64,000 bases of DNA from Octopus sinensis (Eukaryota). Position 1 is the first letter of the stretch, and each line of letters starts with the position of its first letter. Below the pieces are notes generated by a model that saw only the letters and a list, made by a program, of their open reading frames with translations, was not told the DNA's origin and did no database searches. This document shows, piece by piece, positions 38,024 to 52,037 of the stretch. A program made the position numbers and the translations under genes. Where the stretch lies: positions 40,982,001-41,046,000 of the forward strand of contig NC_042999.1 of the NCBI RefSeq assembly GCF_006345805.1, in the 5' to 3' direction.

Positions 38024-38415
38024 GTTTCAAATTTTGCCACAAGGGCAGCAGTTTGGGGGAAGCGGATGAGTTGATTAGATTGACCCAAGGGTTTAACTGG
38101 TACTTAATTTATCGACACCGAAAGGATGAAATGCAAAGTCGACTTCGGTGGAATTTGAACTCAGCAAGTAGCGACGGGCGTAATACCTATTTCTTTACTA
38201 CCCACAAGGGGCTAAACACAGTGAGGACAAACAAGGACAGACAAACGGGTTAAGTCGATTATATCGACTCCAGTGCGTAACTGTTACTTATTTAATCGAA
38301 AGGATGAAAAGCAAAGTCGACCTCGGCGGAATTTGAACTCACAACGTAGCGACAGACGAAATACCGCTAAGCATTTCGCCCGGCGTGCTAACGATTCTGC
38401 CAGCTCGCTGCCTTA
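37530..38415 (-). mobile_element. Chain of family C SINEs separated by (AAT)n
   Basis: Copies at about 37530-37740, 37770-37990 and 38010-38415; the last has an internal aatacc junction at 38182-38187. Confidence 0.85.
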
Positions 38416-38488
38416 ATGATAATGAAAATCGTAATAATGGTTTCTTAATTGGCCACAAGAGTCGTATAATAATAATAATAATAATAAT

Positions 38489-38749
38489 GTAAGCCTAGTA
38501 CTTATTCTATCGGTCTCTTTTGCCGAACCGCTATGTTACGGGGACGTGAACACACCAGCATCGGTTGGGCAAACACAGACGCACACGACAGGCTTCTTTC
38601 AGTTTCCGTCTACCAAATCCACTCACAAGGCTTTGGTCGGCCCGAGGCTATTGTAGAAGACATTTGCCCAAAGTGCCACGCAGTGGGACTGAACCCGGAA
38701 CCATGTGGTTGGCAAGCAAGCTACTTACCACACAGCCACTCCTGCGCCT
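38489..38749 (-). mobile_element. SINE family B with internal deletion
   Basis: Head aggcgcaggagtggctgtgtggtaag at 38749; central microsatellite largely missing. Confidence 0.88.
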
Positions 38750-39010
38750 ATGGTAATAATGCATTTGAAATAAAGAATATATCAGGATTAAACAACCTCG
38801 GTTACGTGAAGTGTTTATAGTTATGCTGAATGGTTACCAGCAAATTTATTTTTCCCTGACCGTAGATGAAACGAAATTTTATTAAAAGGAATTTTTAATG
38901 CTCTGTGCATGAGATATACCCATGTCATCTTAGTTTGCTGTTGTCCATCCCGTCCAAGGATTTCAATGTTATAAGTTGTGTTATTCTAGTTCTTTTTCTT
39001 CATAAACATA

Positions 39011-39420
39011 CAGGAGTGCCTGTGTGGTAAGTAGCTTGTTTACCAACCACATGGTTCTGGGTTCAGTCCCACTGCGTGGTATCTTGGGCAAGTGTCTTCT
39101 ACTATAGCCACGGGCCGACCAAAGCCTTGTGAGTGGATTTGGTAGACGGAAACTGAAAGAAGCCCGTCGTATATATGTATATATATATATATATGCGTGT
39201 GTGTGTTTGTGTGTCTGTGTTTGTCCCCCTAGCATTGCTTGACAACCGATGCTAGTGTGTTTATGTCTCCGTTACTTAGCGGTTCGGCAAAAGAGACCGA
39301 TAGAATAAGTGCTGGGCTTACAGGAGGAATAAGTCCCGGGGTCGAGTTGCTCGATTAAAAGGCGGTGCTCCAGCATGGCCGTAGTCAAATGACTGAAACA
39401 AGTAAAAGAGAGTAAAAGAG
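39011..39420 (+). mobile_element. SINE family B, full length
   Basis: Near-identical organisation to 9487-9905. Confidence 0.92.
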
Positions 39421-40325
39421 TAAATACTAAATTTTATACATTTACACAATGGTCGTTTCATTTCATCACTCCTTCAATAACTATTTTGAAGGATATTGAT
39501 TCGCTGAGGAGGTCAGAGTATAAATAATCAAAACGTCTGGAAAATTTTTTATCTTTTAACCAAGATGAAAGACAGGGCTCGTGACTCTTTATAGGGCCTC
39601 CATGATGAGAGATAAAATAGGGAGTTATACTCAAAAGAGAGACCTGGCTTATATGCTTGGAAGAAATTGGCGCCCGCTAAATGAACAAAAGGTACCGAAA
39701 GCGGCGAGATATCGAAAGTGGCGGTGATGCTCCCAACAACGAACAAAGTCTACCATGTCTTGTATTGGTTGGAAAATTGAAACTGTACTGTTTTTCCCCG
39801 CTACTTATTTAATTTAATTACATTTTTAATTATCTCTCGCATCAAGTATGTTAACATTGACTTTATTAGAATTTAGAATTATTTACTACAATGTTGTACA
39901 GGAATTCTCTTAATATTCTTAACTAGTACAGCTAATTTGAATTATAGATCACAGAAAAGCTTTACGAGTGTGTATTAGTGAAAATTCTTAACTGTGTGTG
40001 TATGTGTGTGTGTGTGTCTGTGTGTGTGTGTCTGTGTGTGTGTGTCTGTGTGTGTGTGCATGTTTGAATTGCTTTGCTTCCTGGTTCTTGAAGATAACTT
40101 TCAATAGCACTGCGTCAAACAGCAGACATGTTTCAACAGCTTTGACAACGTTAGTACAGCAATAAACTGCTTATTAATGAAATATGGAATGGATATCACG
40201 AATACAAAATAAAGAATGCTTGAGGCATGAGAGATATCATGATTAATTCGATTACCATGCATATATATATATATATATATATATGAACATGTGTGTATAG
40301 ATATATATATATATATATAAACATG

Positions 40326-40404
<79 letters not shown>

Positions 40405-40411
40405 GTGAAAG

Positions 40412-40620
40412 TGCATATCTCACTGGTTAGAGTGTCGGAATCACAATCAAGAGTTAGTGAGTTCGATTCTAGACCAGGCTGTGTGTTGGGCTCTTGAGCA
40501 AACACTTTATTTTACGTTGCTGCAGTTCACTCCGCTGTAGAAATGAATTGCGACGTCACTGGCACCAAGCTATATCGACCTTTGCCTTTCCCTTGGATAA
40601 CATCGGTGGCGTGGAGGAGA
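40412..40620 (+). mobile_element. SINE with D-like head and a different tail
   Basis: gagttcgattct B box, ttgagcaaacacttt body, tail gacgtcactggcaccaagctatatcgacc. Confidence 0.6.
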
Positions 40621-40784
40621 ACTTTCTAGGTTCAATCCCATGGTCATTCATCCCTGTAGGTATCTTAACTCTTACACACACACACACAGGTATATGCTTG
40701 TATGTATGATGTGAGTGTGTATAATAGAATTTTCAGGATGTCTTTTGGATTAGATTGAAAGATTGTTTTTTTTCTACTCTAGGC

Positions 40785-42210
40785 ACGAGGCCCGAAATTT
40801 TGGGGGATGGGGCCAGTCGATTAGATCGACTCCAGTATGCAACTGGTACTTAATTTATCGACCCCGAAAGGATGAAAGGCGAAGTCAATCTCGGCGGAAT
40901 TTGAACACAGAACGTAAAGACAGACGAAATACTGCTACGCATTTCGCCCGGCGTGCTAACTTTTCTGCCAGCTGGCCGCCTAAGTTTGAAAGATTATTAT
41001 TAGAAATTATGATCATTATTGTTATTGAGTTAAAGGTGGTGAGCTGGCAGAAGCTTCAGAGCGTCAGAAAAAATGACTTGCATAATTTCTTTCGGCTAGC
41101 TTATATTTTGATTTCAAATCCTACCTAGGTTAGCTTTACCGTTCATCCCTTCGAGTAGATAGAACCGAGTTCAAGTGAAATACTGGCAGCGATGTAGCCG
41201 ACTAACCCCTTTCTCACAAATTTCAAGCCTTGTGCTTATATGGCAGAAGATTAATATCATTATTATGAATTCAAATTCCGTCGCGGTCGACTTTGCTTTT
41301 TATCCTTTCGAGGCCGATGAAATAAGTACCAGCCAAACACTGGGGTCGATGTAATCGACTAGCACCCTCCCACAAAATTTCAGGTCTTGTGCCTATAGGG
41401 AGGAAAATATTGACAGAATCGGGTAAAATGCTTAGTAATATTGCATCTCTCTTTATGTTCAGAGTTCAAATTCTGCTGAGGTCAACGTTGTCTTTCTTCC
41501 TTTCGGGGTCGATGAAATAAGTTCCAGTTTTGTTCTAGAGTCGATGTAATCTACTAGTTCTCTTCCCCACAAAATTTCAAACCTTGTGCTTATAGCACAA
41601 GGTTTATAGGCCTATACTACAAAGAATCATTATTATAATTCCACCGATGTCGACTTTGTCTTTCATCGTTTCGCGGTCGATAAAATGAGTGCTACTTGAG
41701 TACTGGAGTCGATGTAATGGCCTATCCACTTCCCAATTTCCAGGTCTTTTGCCTAGAGTAGAAAGGGTTATAATAATGATAATAATAATAATAATAATAG
41801 GCAAGCTGTCAGAATTGTTAGCACGCCAGGCGAAGCGCTTAGCGGTATTTCGCCCGTCGCTACGTTCTGTGATCAAATTCCGCCGAGGTGGACTTTGCCT
41901 TTCATCATTTCAGGGTCGATAAATTAAGTACTGGTTGTGTACTGGGGTCGATGTAATCGACTAGTCCCCCGCCCCCCAAATTGCAGGCCTTGCGCCTTTT
42001 GTAGAAATGATTATTATTATGCTAGTAACATAAAAATCAATCCAAAATGCATGCCGCTATTTAATTACGGCCCTTCGTATTTTTGATATCAATCTTACTG
42101 ATGCTGATGTCGACTTTAAATTTTATGCTTCCGGGGTCAATAAGATAAACCCTAATCAAGTATTGGGCATACTTATATCGAATTAACTCGCTCTCAGTAA
42201 ATATATGGCC
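40785..42210. mobile_element. Cluster of about 7 family C SINE copies or fragments
   Basis: One minus copy (40785-40982), then head-to-tail plus copies starting near 41030, 41270, 41415, 41640, 41805 and 42100. Confidence 0.82.
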
Positions 42211-43048
42211 CTGTGCCAGTGGCTTTCTTATTAATATTTTTTTCTTTTTTATTGTTAGTTTTTGTATTTAAAGTTGTTTGTAATGACTATGCCGCGATGA
42301 CATTAATCACAATCCTGCTATAAGTGTTGACTTTGTTATCATTAGGTTTACAACTAGTAGCGGATTCTTGATGTTTCGAGGATTCTAAGTGAAGCTTTTG
42401 ACCTTCCAGTTGAAGTGACTACTCTAAAGATCCGTGCTGTCAATCGGCATTAAAACGTGCATCATCGAACAAAGTGTGAACCTGTCAGAGTTGGCAGATA
42501 CGCACGGAAAACGTCAAAGGCTTTCTCACAGTTTGCAGTGCTTTAATTCTCACTTGGCGTGAAACAACGTTACATCTGCAAGCGATGAGAAGGTTGTTAC
42601 ATGGTCGCAATATTTTTACAAATAGAAGCCAATCTTCTTTCAATCCCACACAACTTCCCTGTACAATACGTAGAACATAGAATCGTGGATATCCCCAAAA
42701 GACATGATGGTCACGGCGGAAGCGTTCTTAAACATTGGTATGCTAGATCAGGTATTGCCTATGGCTAAACAACTAACATTTTCTTTTGTATCAAGATTAG
42801 TGAGAGCCATACTTATTTTATTAGTATCTATGAAATGAATTTTTAAACATATCCTACAGTATATAGGGATGTTAATGCGCGTGATCTAGTGGCGAGGATT
42901 TTCTATTCACGTTCGCAGGATCATGGTTTCGATTCCCGGACTAGGTGATGCATTGTTTCCTTGAGCAAAACACGTCATTTCCCACCACCTTGAGCAAAAC
43001 ACGTCATTTTCCGTTCTGGGAAAATGAATTGATCTCAGTAATTTATAC

Positions 43049-43225
43049 GCATGGACACCATGGACACCTTATGAGTCCTTACACACCTTCTGAGTCCTTA
43101 TACGTCTTATGAGTCCTTATACACCTTCTGAGTCCTTATACGTCTTATGAGTCCTTATACGCCTTATGAGTCCTTATACGCCTTATGAGTCCTTATACGC
43201 CATGGACACCTCACGAGTCCTAAGG
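43049..43225 (+). repeat. 19-bp minisatellite
   Basis: Seven units of ccttatgagtccttatacg (43067-43199) bracketed by catggacacc. Confidence 0.92.
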
Positions 43226-43396
43226 TTTGAGACAGTATATATATATTTACATATGAAGTAAAAGCAACTGTAGTGTAATAAATATTATTAAATACATATA
43301 TTAATGTATATGGTTTGTGTATTTCCGGTGGCTGAAATGGCGTAGCTGAGTATATAAACATTCATGTTGCCGGTGTTAAAACGCCTTATATATATA

Positions 43397-43451
<55 letters not shown>

Positions 43452-43974
43452 TCCGAATTTGTGTAAATGTGTTTAGAATAATATATCAATTGAATAAAGT
43501 TAAGAAATGGTCTGTTTTCCACATTTTTAAATATGGTATTTAAGAAAAAAACGTTTTCGTTGCAATGTTGAAGTGTATATATAAGAGAATATAAGGAATA
43601 TTTAGTCTCTCAGTATCATTCTTTGTTTGATTACATAAATATTTTTTCGTGGAGTGAAAAATAGTGCGTTTATGTATAAAATAGATCTTCAGCGATCTCA
43701 TTAACAAGCAAAATAGAAATACATAATGTGTGTGTGTGTGTGTGTGTATACATATGTGTGTATCAGCAATAATAAATGGACAAACATATAACCAAACAAA
43801 GAAATATGGGAAGTCGTCTAACTGAAACATCTGCAGAAATTGGCTTACCTTTGTAATCAACAGTTTTGCATAAATAAAAATTTCCTGAATCACATGATTA
43901 TCGTACAAATTCGCAAACGCTCGGTTTTGTAAGTGCTAATCCAAAAAAAAACCAAACTAGCAACAGTTATCTTA

Positions 43975-44750
43975 CCTTTCACATGCTTCAGTCTTAGGAG
44001 CACGGCCATGCTGGGGCACTACTTTGAAGGATTTCGTCAAACTAATTGTCCCCATTACTTATACTGTCTCATTTTGCCTGGCTGGGGGACCTAAACGAAC
44101 CCTTGGCAATTGTCAAACTGTGGGAGAGGACAAGCCCAAGCATGAAGACACGCATAGATATTTATTTATACACGACAGGCTTCCTTCAGTTTCCGTCGGC
44201 CACATCCACTCACAAATCTTTAACCGACCCGAGGCTTTAGGAGAAATCCCTAGTCCAAGGATCTGCGTAGTGAGACTGAAACATAGGCCACATGGTTGGG
44301 AAGCAAGATTTCTAAGACGCAATTGCACCTGTAAAAATATTAGGTAAAAATATATATATTCTAGAATCTCTTGAAGTGGTTCTATCAATTGCAACCAAAT
44401 TTACAGCAAATCTCACTGTACCTGCAACAAATAGCAGCTCAATCTCTAATTTTTGCGGCACAGTTATAAATAGATTATCAAATGGCAAATACTAACACCT
44501 ACCCAACAAAAAATACTGCTTTAAAATATTTCTTCTTTATAGCTTACATACTTCAGTTATTGGACAGCGACCATGCTGGGTGCCGCTTTGAGAAGTTTAA
44601 TCGAACAAATCGACTCCAAGAATTATTTTTTCAAATATACTTCTTATTCTATCAGTATATTATCAAACAGCTATGTATTTGAGACGTAAGTAAACCAACA
44701 CCGGTTGTCAAGCGATAATGGTGGAAAAACACAACAATACAAACATAAAG
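43975..44750 (-). mobile_element. Diverged SINE family B copies (43975-44335 and 3' half 44530-44750)
   Basis: ggccatgctgg, ccttcagtttccgtc, cacatggttgggaagcaag words. Confidence 0.7.
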
Positions 44751-44835
44751 ACACACACAGTCACGCAGAGAGACGCACATACACAAATGCACACATACAT
44801 ACACACCCGCGCAGAGAGACACACATACACAAATG

Positions 44836-45222
44836 GGATGGAAGCACTCCGTCGGTTACGACGACGAGGGTTCCGGTTGATCCGAATCAACGGAACAGCC
44901 TGCTCGTGAAATTAACGTGTAAGTCGCTGAGCACTCCACAGACACGTGTACCCTTAACGTAGTTCTCGGGGATATTCAGCGTGACACAGAGAGTGACAAG
45001 GCCGGCCCTTTGAAATACAGGTACAAGAGAGACAGGAAGTAAGAGTGAGAGAAAGTTGTGGTGAAAGAGTACAGCAGGGATCACCACCATCCCTACCGGA
45101 GCCTCGTGGAGCTTTAGGTGTTTTCGCTCAATAAACACTCACAACGCCCGGTCTGGGAATCGAAACCGCGATCCTACAACCGCGAGTCCGCTGCCCTAAC
45201 CACTGGGCCATTGCGCCTCCAC
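44836..45222 (-). mobile_element. SINE family A, tail type 1, young copy
   Basis: TSD ATACACAAATG at 44825-44835 and 45223-45233; tail ends ...gtaaccgacggagtgcttccatcc. Confidence 0.93.
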
Positions 45223-46667
45223 ATACACAAATGCACACAAACACACGCTCACACACACACATTATAAATGCCCGAGGTGTTGTACAGTGGCGCTGGACCC
45301 AAAACTACATGGGTGGGAATCAAGCTTCTTAACCACACAGCCACGCCTGTGTCTATTAGTGAAAAAAAATAATTGAAATTTATTAAACCTGCTAAATGTA
45401 TATTCTCATTTTTGTAATCTTCACAGCAGCTCTTCGTGTGAAATGACTACTGTGTTTATATGAAAGACTTCGCGTTAGATAATTTAGTCCTAAACACCAC
45501 GAAATAGATGGGGGAGTAACGGCTGGAATCCTTTTGATCATCGGTCAGCTAAAATCAAAGTTGACATGAGACCAAGCTGAAATAACAAAATCTTTATTTT
45601 TCTTTATATTTTTTCAAGAAGTCGAAGCGTATGAGGCAGCCCATGAAACACAGCCAGACAGGTCACGGTTCGTTATCTAGTTGAACCCACATATCGCCTT
45701 ATGAAGTTTAAGAAAATACGTCTTGTTGATAAGTACACGACATTCGCTGTTGAGGAATACTGAAATTGAAATTAATGAGGACGTTGGTGATGGATTTTCC
45801 ATTGATTTGTCTTAAGGTCATCGAGAAATAGCAAAATGAAATATAAAATTGTCAATTTTGAGACAACACAGAGACCCACGTTCACGTACTGGCTCACCTC
45901 CACATAGTTACTAATTATACTTAAACATAATCTCACACAAATACGTGGAGCTTCCCTCACACGTATATACTGATGTGTACCTACTTATACATTTTCACTA
46001 AATACGCATTAGCCGTGTTTATTTGCCTCCTTCTCTATGTACTGACACATGCAAATATATCTGTGTGCACGCTTATACACATGAAAGTTCCATGATGGAA
46101 GGAAAGCATATATCAACGTGGGTGTTAATATCTCTGGAAACCTGTTTAAAGAGGCACCTATCGCTGTCACAACTGTGCAAAAGAATATAGTGTCTCTAGT
46201 TGGATTGAAAAGCCATATACCTGCTGCTCATGTTTAAAAGAAATTAAAAGAGATATCGTGTTGCAGCCACCATACACACGCGCGCTCACACACACACACA
46301 CACACATACATACATACATGCATGCACAATGCTGGTAGTTCCCTCGTGGTCAAGGAAGACCATCATTGACCACTAAAAGCGCTGTGCACTTATCCAAAAT
46401 TACACTTTACACTTGTAGCTATGCTGGTAGCTAACAAGCCCAGTTCGAGATTTGACGCATTCGTTCGCAGATACTTCTGACGAAAATTTTCTTACTTACA
46501 GAACTGGCTGTACGTTTCGAGTAGCTCGCTTCAGTTCAGCTTGCGAAAATTCTTGTTTCTTCTAAAATACCCACTCCTTTATTTATTCGTTTCTTCCATT
46601 GGTGGCGATGACAAGCTTTACTTTCTCAGTTGACTTTCTATAACTCAAATCCCGGCCGTCAACAAGG

Positions 46668-47079
46668 TATATATATATAACTGATAATGTGTGTCTGTCT
46701 GTGTGTTTCCCTGAAACTTGAGAACTACACAACCAATTTCATTCAAATTTTACACATGCCTTACTTAGGGTCCGGGGAGTGTCATCGACAACTTCTTGCC
46801 TAGAGTGAGCCCACAGCGATATCATATCTTCTCCACTATTTCAGTATTACGTGTTAAAAGTGAAACAAAAACAGCTCTCTATTGTATGAATGTATATGGA
46901 AGTATATATATATATATATTATATATATATATATTTTTGTAAATTTGTGTATTTATCTTCTATGTTTTTTTTCTCTGCAATTTTAATTCGTCTTTTTAAT
47001 ATATCATTGTGTTTTATTACCCCAAATTTTTAATTTAACAAATTTATACCAAACTATCAACGCCGGGTCATAATGCCAG
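46668..47079 (+). mobile_element. Diverged non-autonomous Helitron
   Basis: 5' tatatatataa plus (GTCT)-type repeat; 3' caacgccgggtcataatgCCAG|T parallels caacgccgggcgatactgCTAG|T. Confidence 0.6.
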
Positions 47080-47112
<33 letters not shown>

Positions 47113-47249
47113 ATCGTTAAAAGTCGTATAAAGAATTTGCCGTAAGAATTGGAAAATCCAGTTTCGAACAATGCTTCAGGGCGAAGTTGTCAGGAAACAC
47201 AACAAACTAAAAAGAAGAAACAGCTAAATTTTACATCCAGAGTTTAAAG

Positions 47250-47280
<31 letters not shown>

Positions 47281-47551
47281 TGTGTGTATGCCCGCGAGTT
47301 ACGGGTTCGACATTCACGTCTATATATATATATGGAAAAAAGTCAAGGTAGAAAATGCTAAAATGATTTTAGTAAAAAACATTTCAGTACTGGTTTCAGT
47401 CATTGAAACTTTTCAACTGTAAGTATGGAAAACAGTTAAATTTTGGAAAAATTAAAAGAAAATTTATTTTAAAAGAATATTTGCGTAGTATTCAAATACA
47501 AGGGATATTTACCTTGTATCTGCTTATCTCTGTCTCTCTTGTTTACTCTTA

Positions 47552-47600
<49 letters not shown>

Positions 47601-47663
47601 AACTCTGGACGTGTGAGTGTTCAGCGAGAAGACAGAGCGAAAAAAGGAAAGCTCAATCAAATA

Positions 47664-48150
47664 GACGGGCTTCTTTCAGTTTCCGTCTTCTAAATTCACT
47701 CACAAGGCTTTGGTCGGCCCGAGGCTATAGTAGAAGACACTTGCACAAGTTGCCACGCAGTGGCAGTGAACCGGGAGTGAACCGGGAACCATGTGGTTGG
47801 TAAGCAAGCTACTTACCACACAGCCACTCCTGTGCCTGCACATGATGAAGTACCTTTTGAAGTTTCAAAATTGTGAAACTGGAAAACGCACGGTTTCTCG
47901 AAAGATATTGATATGTATTTTTGTATGTGTATATGTGTGTGTATATCTACCTACCTACCTATCTGTCTGTCTCCCTGTCTGTCTGTGTGTGTGTATGTCT
48001 ATCTGTGACAGTTTGACTGTAGAAGTAGATTCAGGCTCCAGAATTATACGACGCAGGGCTGATCTAAATAAAATCTTGCACTCTTCGTTTTTTTTTTTAC
48101 TGAGAGCTTATCCCAGCTATTAACTAACAACAGACTCACGCAGGCGTACC

Positions 48151-48197
<47 letters not shown>

Positions 48198-48896
48198 ACA
48201 CGCGTACACACATAGACACGCACGTACACTAGATGCGTAAAAAAAGTCACAAACACACACACACAGACGTATACATACATACATATAAGCACATATTTAA
48301 ACCTTGCCACATGTATATTCACCTACATGTGGCAAGGTTTATGTGGCAAAGTAAAATGCATTCATGTATGCAAGTAGATTGAAAGCAGACGTCTATCAAT
48401 CAGCATGATACCAACATTAAACAGCAATTTACAAATGGATTTTTTGTAATTAGTACGTACTCTCATACACTTATCTACACTAAATCTATGTCTCTCTCCC
48501 AGCCTCACACACATACGCCCGTACAATCTCTGTCGCTGCTTCTGTGTCTCTTTGCTATGTCGGTGTTTTTATTTGTTTAGTTCACTTATCTATTTATCTG
48601 TCTGTGTGTCTTTCCCCCTTCATGTATTCTTTATTCTTTTGTTTCAATCATTTAATTGCAGCCATTGATGGCTCACCGTCTTTAGTCGAAAAAAATCGAC
48701 TTATTCTTGGTAAGACTAGTAATTATTCTATCTGTCTCTTTTACCGAACTGCTAAGTTACTGGGGTGTTTTAAACACACCAACAAGTGGTGGCGGGGGCA
48801 CAGGCAGACACACAAATACATATGTGTGTATATATATAAATATATATATACATCCATGTATTTGTGTGTGTCTCTCTTTCTCTCTCTCTCTCTCTC

Positions 48897-48974
<78 letters not shown>

Positions 48975-49136
48975 GTATATATATATATATAAAGAAGCTT
49001 GCTTCCCAGCCACATGATTCTGGATTCAGTGTCCCTGCGTGACACGTTGGGCAAGTTTCTTCCATTATACCATCTGGCCGACCAAAGTCTTGTGGGTGGA
49101 TTTGGGTGACAGAAACTGAAAGAAGCCCGTCGTATA

Positions 49137-49180
<44 letters not shown>

Positions 49181-50519
49181 TGTGTGTCTGTACTTGACCC
49201 CGTCATCGCTTGGCAACTGATGCTGGTGTGTTTATGTCCCTGTAACCAAGCAGTTCAGTAAAAAAAGAGACCAATAGAGTAAGTACTAGGCTCACAAAGC
49301 GTAAGTCCCGGTGTCGATTTCTTCGACTAAAAGCCTATAAGGCGGTGCTCCATCAGTCGCAGTTAAATGACTGATACAAGTAAAAAAAATATAAAAGAAT
49401 ATATTTGCATATATGGGTACAGGGCATCACAAACAGTAAACAACATGAAATACGAAAACAAATGAGTTGAATACACAAAAATAACGAGAGAAACAAATAG
49501 AAAACAGGACAAGTAACATAAAGAACGACCCTTCATCAGTTGTCGGTTGCCTATCACCTACTCATTTAGAGCATTGAATGACAATATGAGTCATCGAAGG
49601 CAGTTGCTCCCACAAAAGCCAAAATAAAATTTGGGATTTATGGAGGGTCGAAGTCAGTAACAAAAACAGGACAGAGGAGATATGCAAGTAAACTAAAGGA
49701 AAACAAATATGAAGGTTCGTTAGACCAGACGGAAGTAAAATAGAGAACGCTGGAGGAATATTTTCTTTGACAAGAGAAAAGATAGAAGAGAGATACAGAT
49801 AGGATAGTCCAACCCCTCGGACAGCCCTGAAAGAAAAAAAAGATAATCATGTGAAGAAAAGAAAGATGGACGATGTCAAGTATGAGCAACGAGAGAGAGA
49901 GAATAAAGGAGAAAGACAGAGATAGATAGAAAAAGGCATTAGAGAAAGGATGAGAGAGAAAACGATAGGGGGAGAGAACAAATAGGATAGAGACGCATCA
50001 AAAAGATTAAGATAAACTTACTTGGAAACGGATGCGGGGCGTTCAATCAAATAATGATATAAATGATATATATATATGCACACACACACACACACATATA
50101 TATATAATGTGTGTGCGTGTGTGTGTGTGAAAGGCAGCGTAAATTACTTAATACAGTTGCATATATATACTCTTTACTCTTTTACTCTTTTACTTGTTTC
50201 AGTCATTTGACTGCAGCCATGCTGGAGCACTGCCTTTAGTCGAGGAAATCGACCCCGAGGACTTATTCTATCGGTCTATTTTGCCGAACCGCTAGGTTAC
50301 GGGGACGTAAACACACCAGCATCGATTGGGGGGACAAACACAGACACTCAAACACACACACACACACATATATATATACATATATACGACGGGCTTCTTT
50401 CAGTTTCCGTCTACCAAATCCACTCACAAGGCTTTGATCGGCTCGAGGCTATAGTAGGACTGAACCCAGAACCATGTGGCTGGTAAGCAAGCTACTTACC
50501 ACACAGCCACTCCTGCACC

Positions 50520-50520
<1 letters not shown>
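47664..50520. mobile_element. Group of SINE family B pieces (47664-47835 -, 48635-48815 -, 48992-49390 +, 50170-50520 -)
   Basis: Each matches family B head, body or tail words; the intervening sequence is microsatellite and a family F copy. Confidence 0.8.
49410..49600. mobile_element. Dispersed repeat family F, copy 3
   Basis: atatgggtacagggcatca...cccttcatcagttgtc. Confidence 0.5.
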
Positions 50521-50561
<41 letters not shown>

Positions 50562-52037
50562 AAGGCCAGTCCATCTGTCTGTCATTCTCTCCTTTTGTCT
50601 CTCTATGTATTCCTCTTGCCCGCTTTGTATGTATGTATGTATATATATATGTGTGTGTGTGTGTATGTGTGTGCTTGATAGCTATCAATCGCCATATGTC
50701 TCTGCCTGTCTGTCTTTTTGCCCGTCTAAGTATTCATCTTGCTATCTATATATTTACGTCGATGTATCTCGGAAAATTCAAACCAGCTACAGGTATTGAT
50801 TAGTTAATATAAGTACTTGTAAAAAACAGAAACCTTTCTAAATATATCAATATATCTACATATATTAGCTGATGCAGGCATTAAGAAGAGGCTATTAAAA
50901 CCAGATCTCTGATCAGATGTGTATGTTGCTAATGTTAAGAGGAAAGCGTGCGCGTCTGAACCTGTCCGTTGTTCCTTCATGTTGTATATGCGTTGCGTGT
51001 TTGTTTGTTAGAAAGGGAGAGAGAGAGAGAGAGTGACAGACAGACAGACCGACAGAATTAGTGACTGAGTATGTGTATATGTAGTTCAATATAGATCTAT
51101 GCATATGTTCATATTTCTGTATGTTTATAACTACTTACAAATGAAAAATATGAGCGTAATAATATCCTTCTCCTCTCTCTCTCCCTCACAGAGAGAGAGA
51201 GAGAGAGAGTATATGTGTATATATGTATACACACACACACACACACACATATACACATATATATATATATTCATTAAAGTAGTGAGATCCAATATGGTTG
51301 TGGTACAGACAGTTTTTTAATCTCAAGCCTAGACAAGGCTTCTATAGATAACACAAAGTAAATGATAATCGATGAATTAAATTTATTAATCAATGTTATC
51401 CAATACACTTCGCCTCATATCGAATTAGACATTAATTCAGGTAAGAGGATCACTACCATACAACTCCAATACATAGGAAGAAATCTTGCTAATTATAGAA
51501 GTTTGTGGGTGAAAGAAATGGAATAGGCAGTTGTGTACTACACATGTTTCAAAAGACTCACTGCACGTATATTATACAACTCTAAGATGCTCTATAGATG
51601 ATCAGTGTTTTTGTCTTGGTATACCTGTCTACTTGTCGCTTGTAAGTCCATTGTCATAATCATACCCATATATGAAGCTTCTTGAATTGTAAATCTAACT
51701 TCTCGTTTCCGGTTGTTGAAAAATATTGTATGAATAATTCGAATGTTTCGGATGTATGACTGAAGAAGGTTCAGCTTTTACAATTTTAAGTAGAATGTCT
51801 TGTGGAAATTCTGTGTAAAAGTTTTGTTATTTATATATAAATTTATAGATCTCCAACGAATTGTTTCATTGTGCTACTAATGAGTTCGATTATATCTTCG
51901 ATTTCTGTGCATAGTTAAGGTTTTGTGAGCGTAATACTCGAACATGTTTCATAATGCACACATTTTTGGTTATCGCTTTGAATTCGTTCGGTACAGCTAG
52001 GTATTTAGTAGGTTATTTAATACTGTGTCGGCAGATA

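Noticed and set aside
43067-43199. CRISPR-like regular repeat
   Set aside because: Units are contiguous with no unique spacers, no cas genes, eukaryotic context.
51500-52020. Possible Penelope RT or GIY-YIG remnant
   Set aside because: Only vague motif similarity across many stops; needs a BLASTX or HMM hit.
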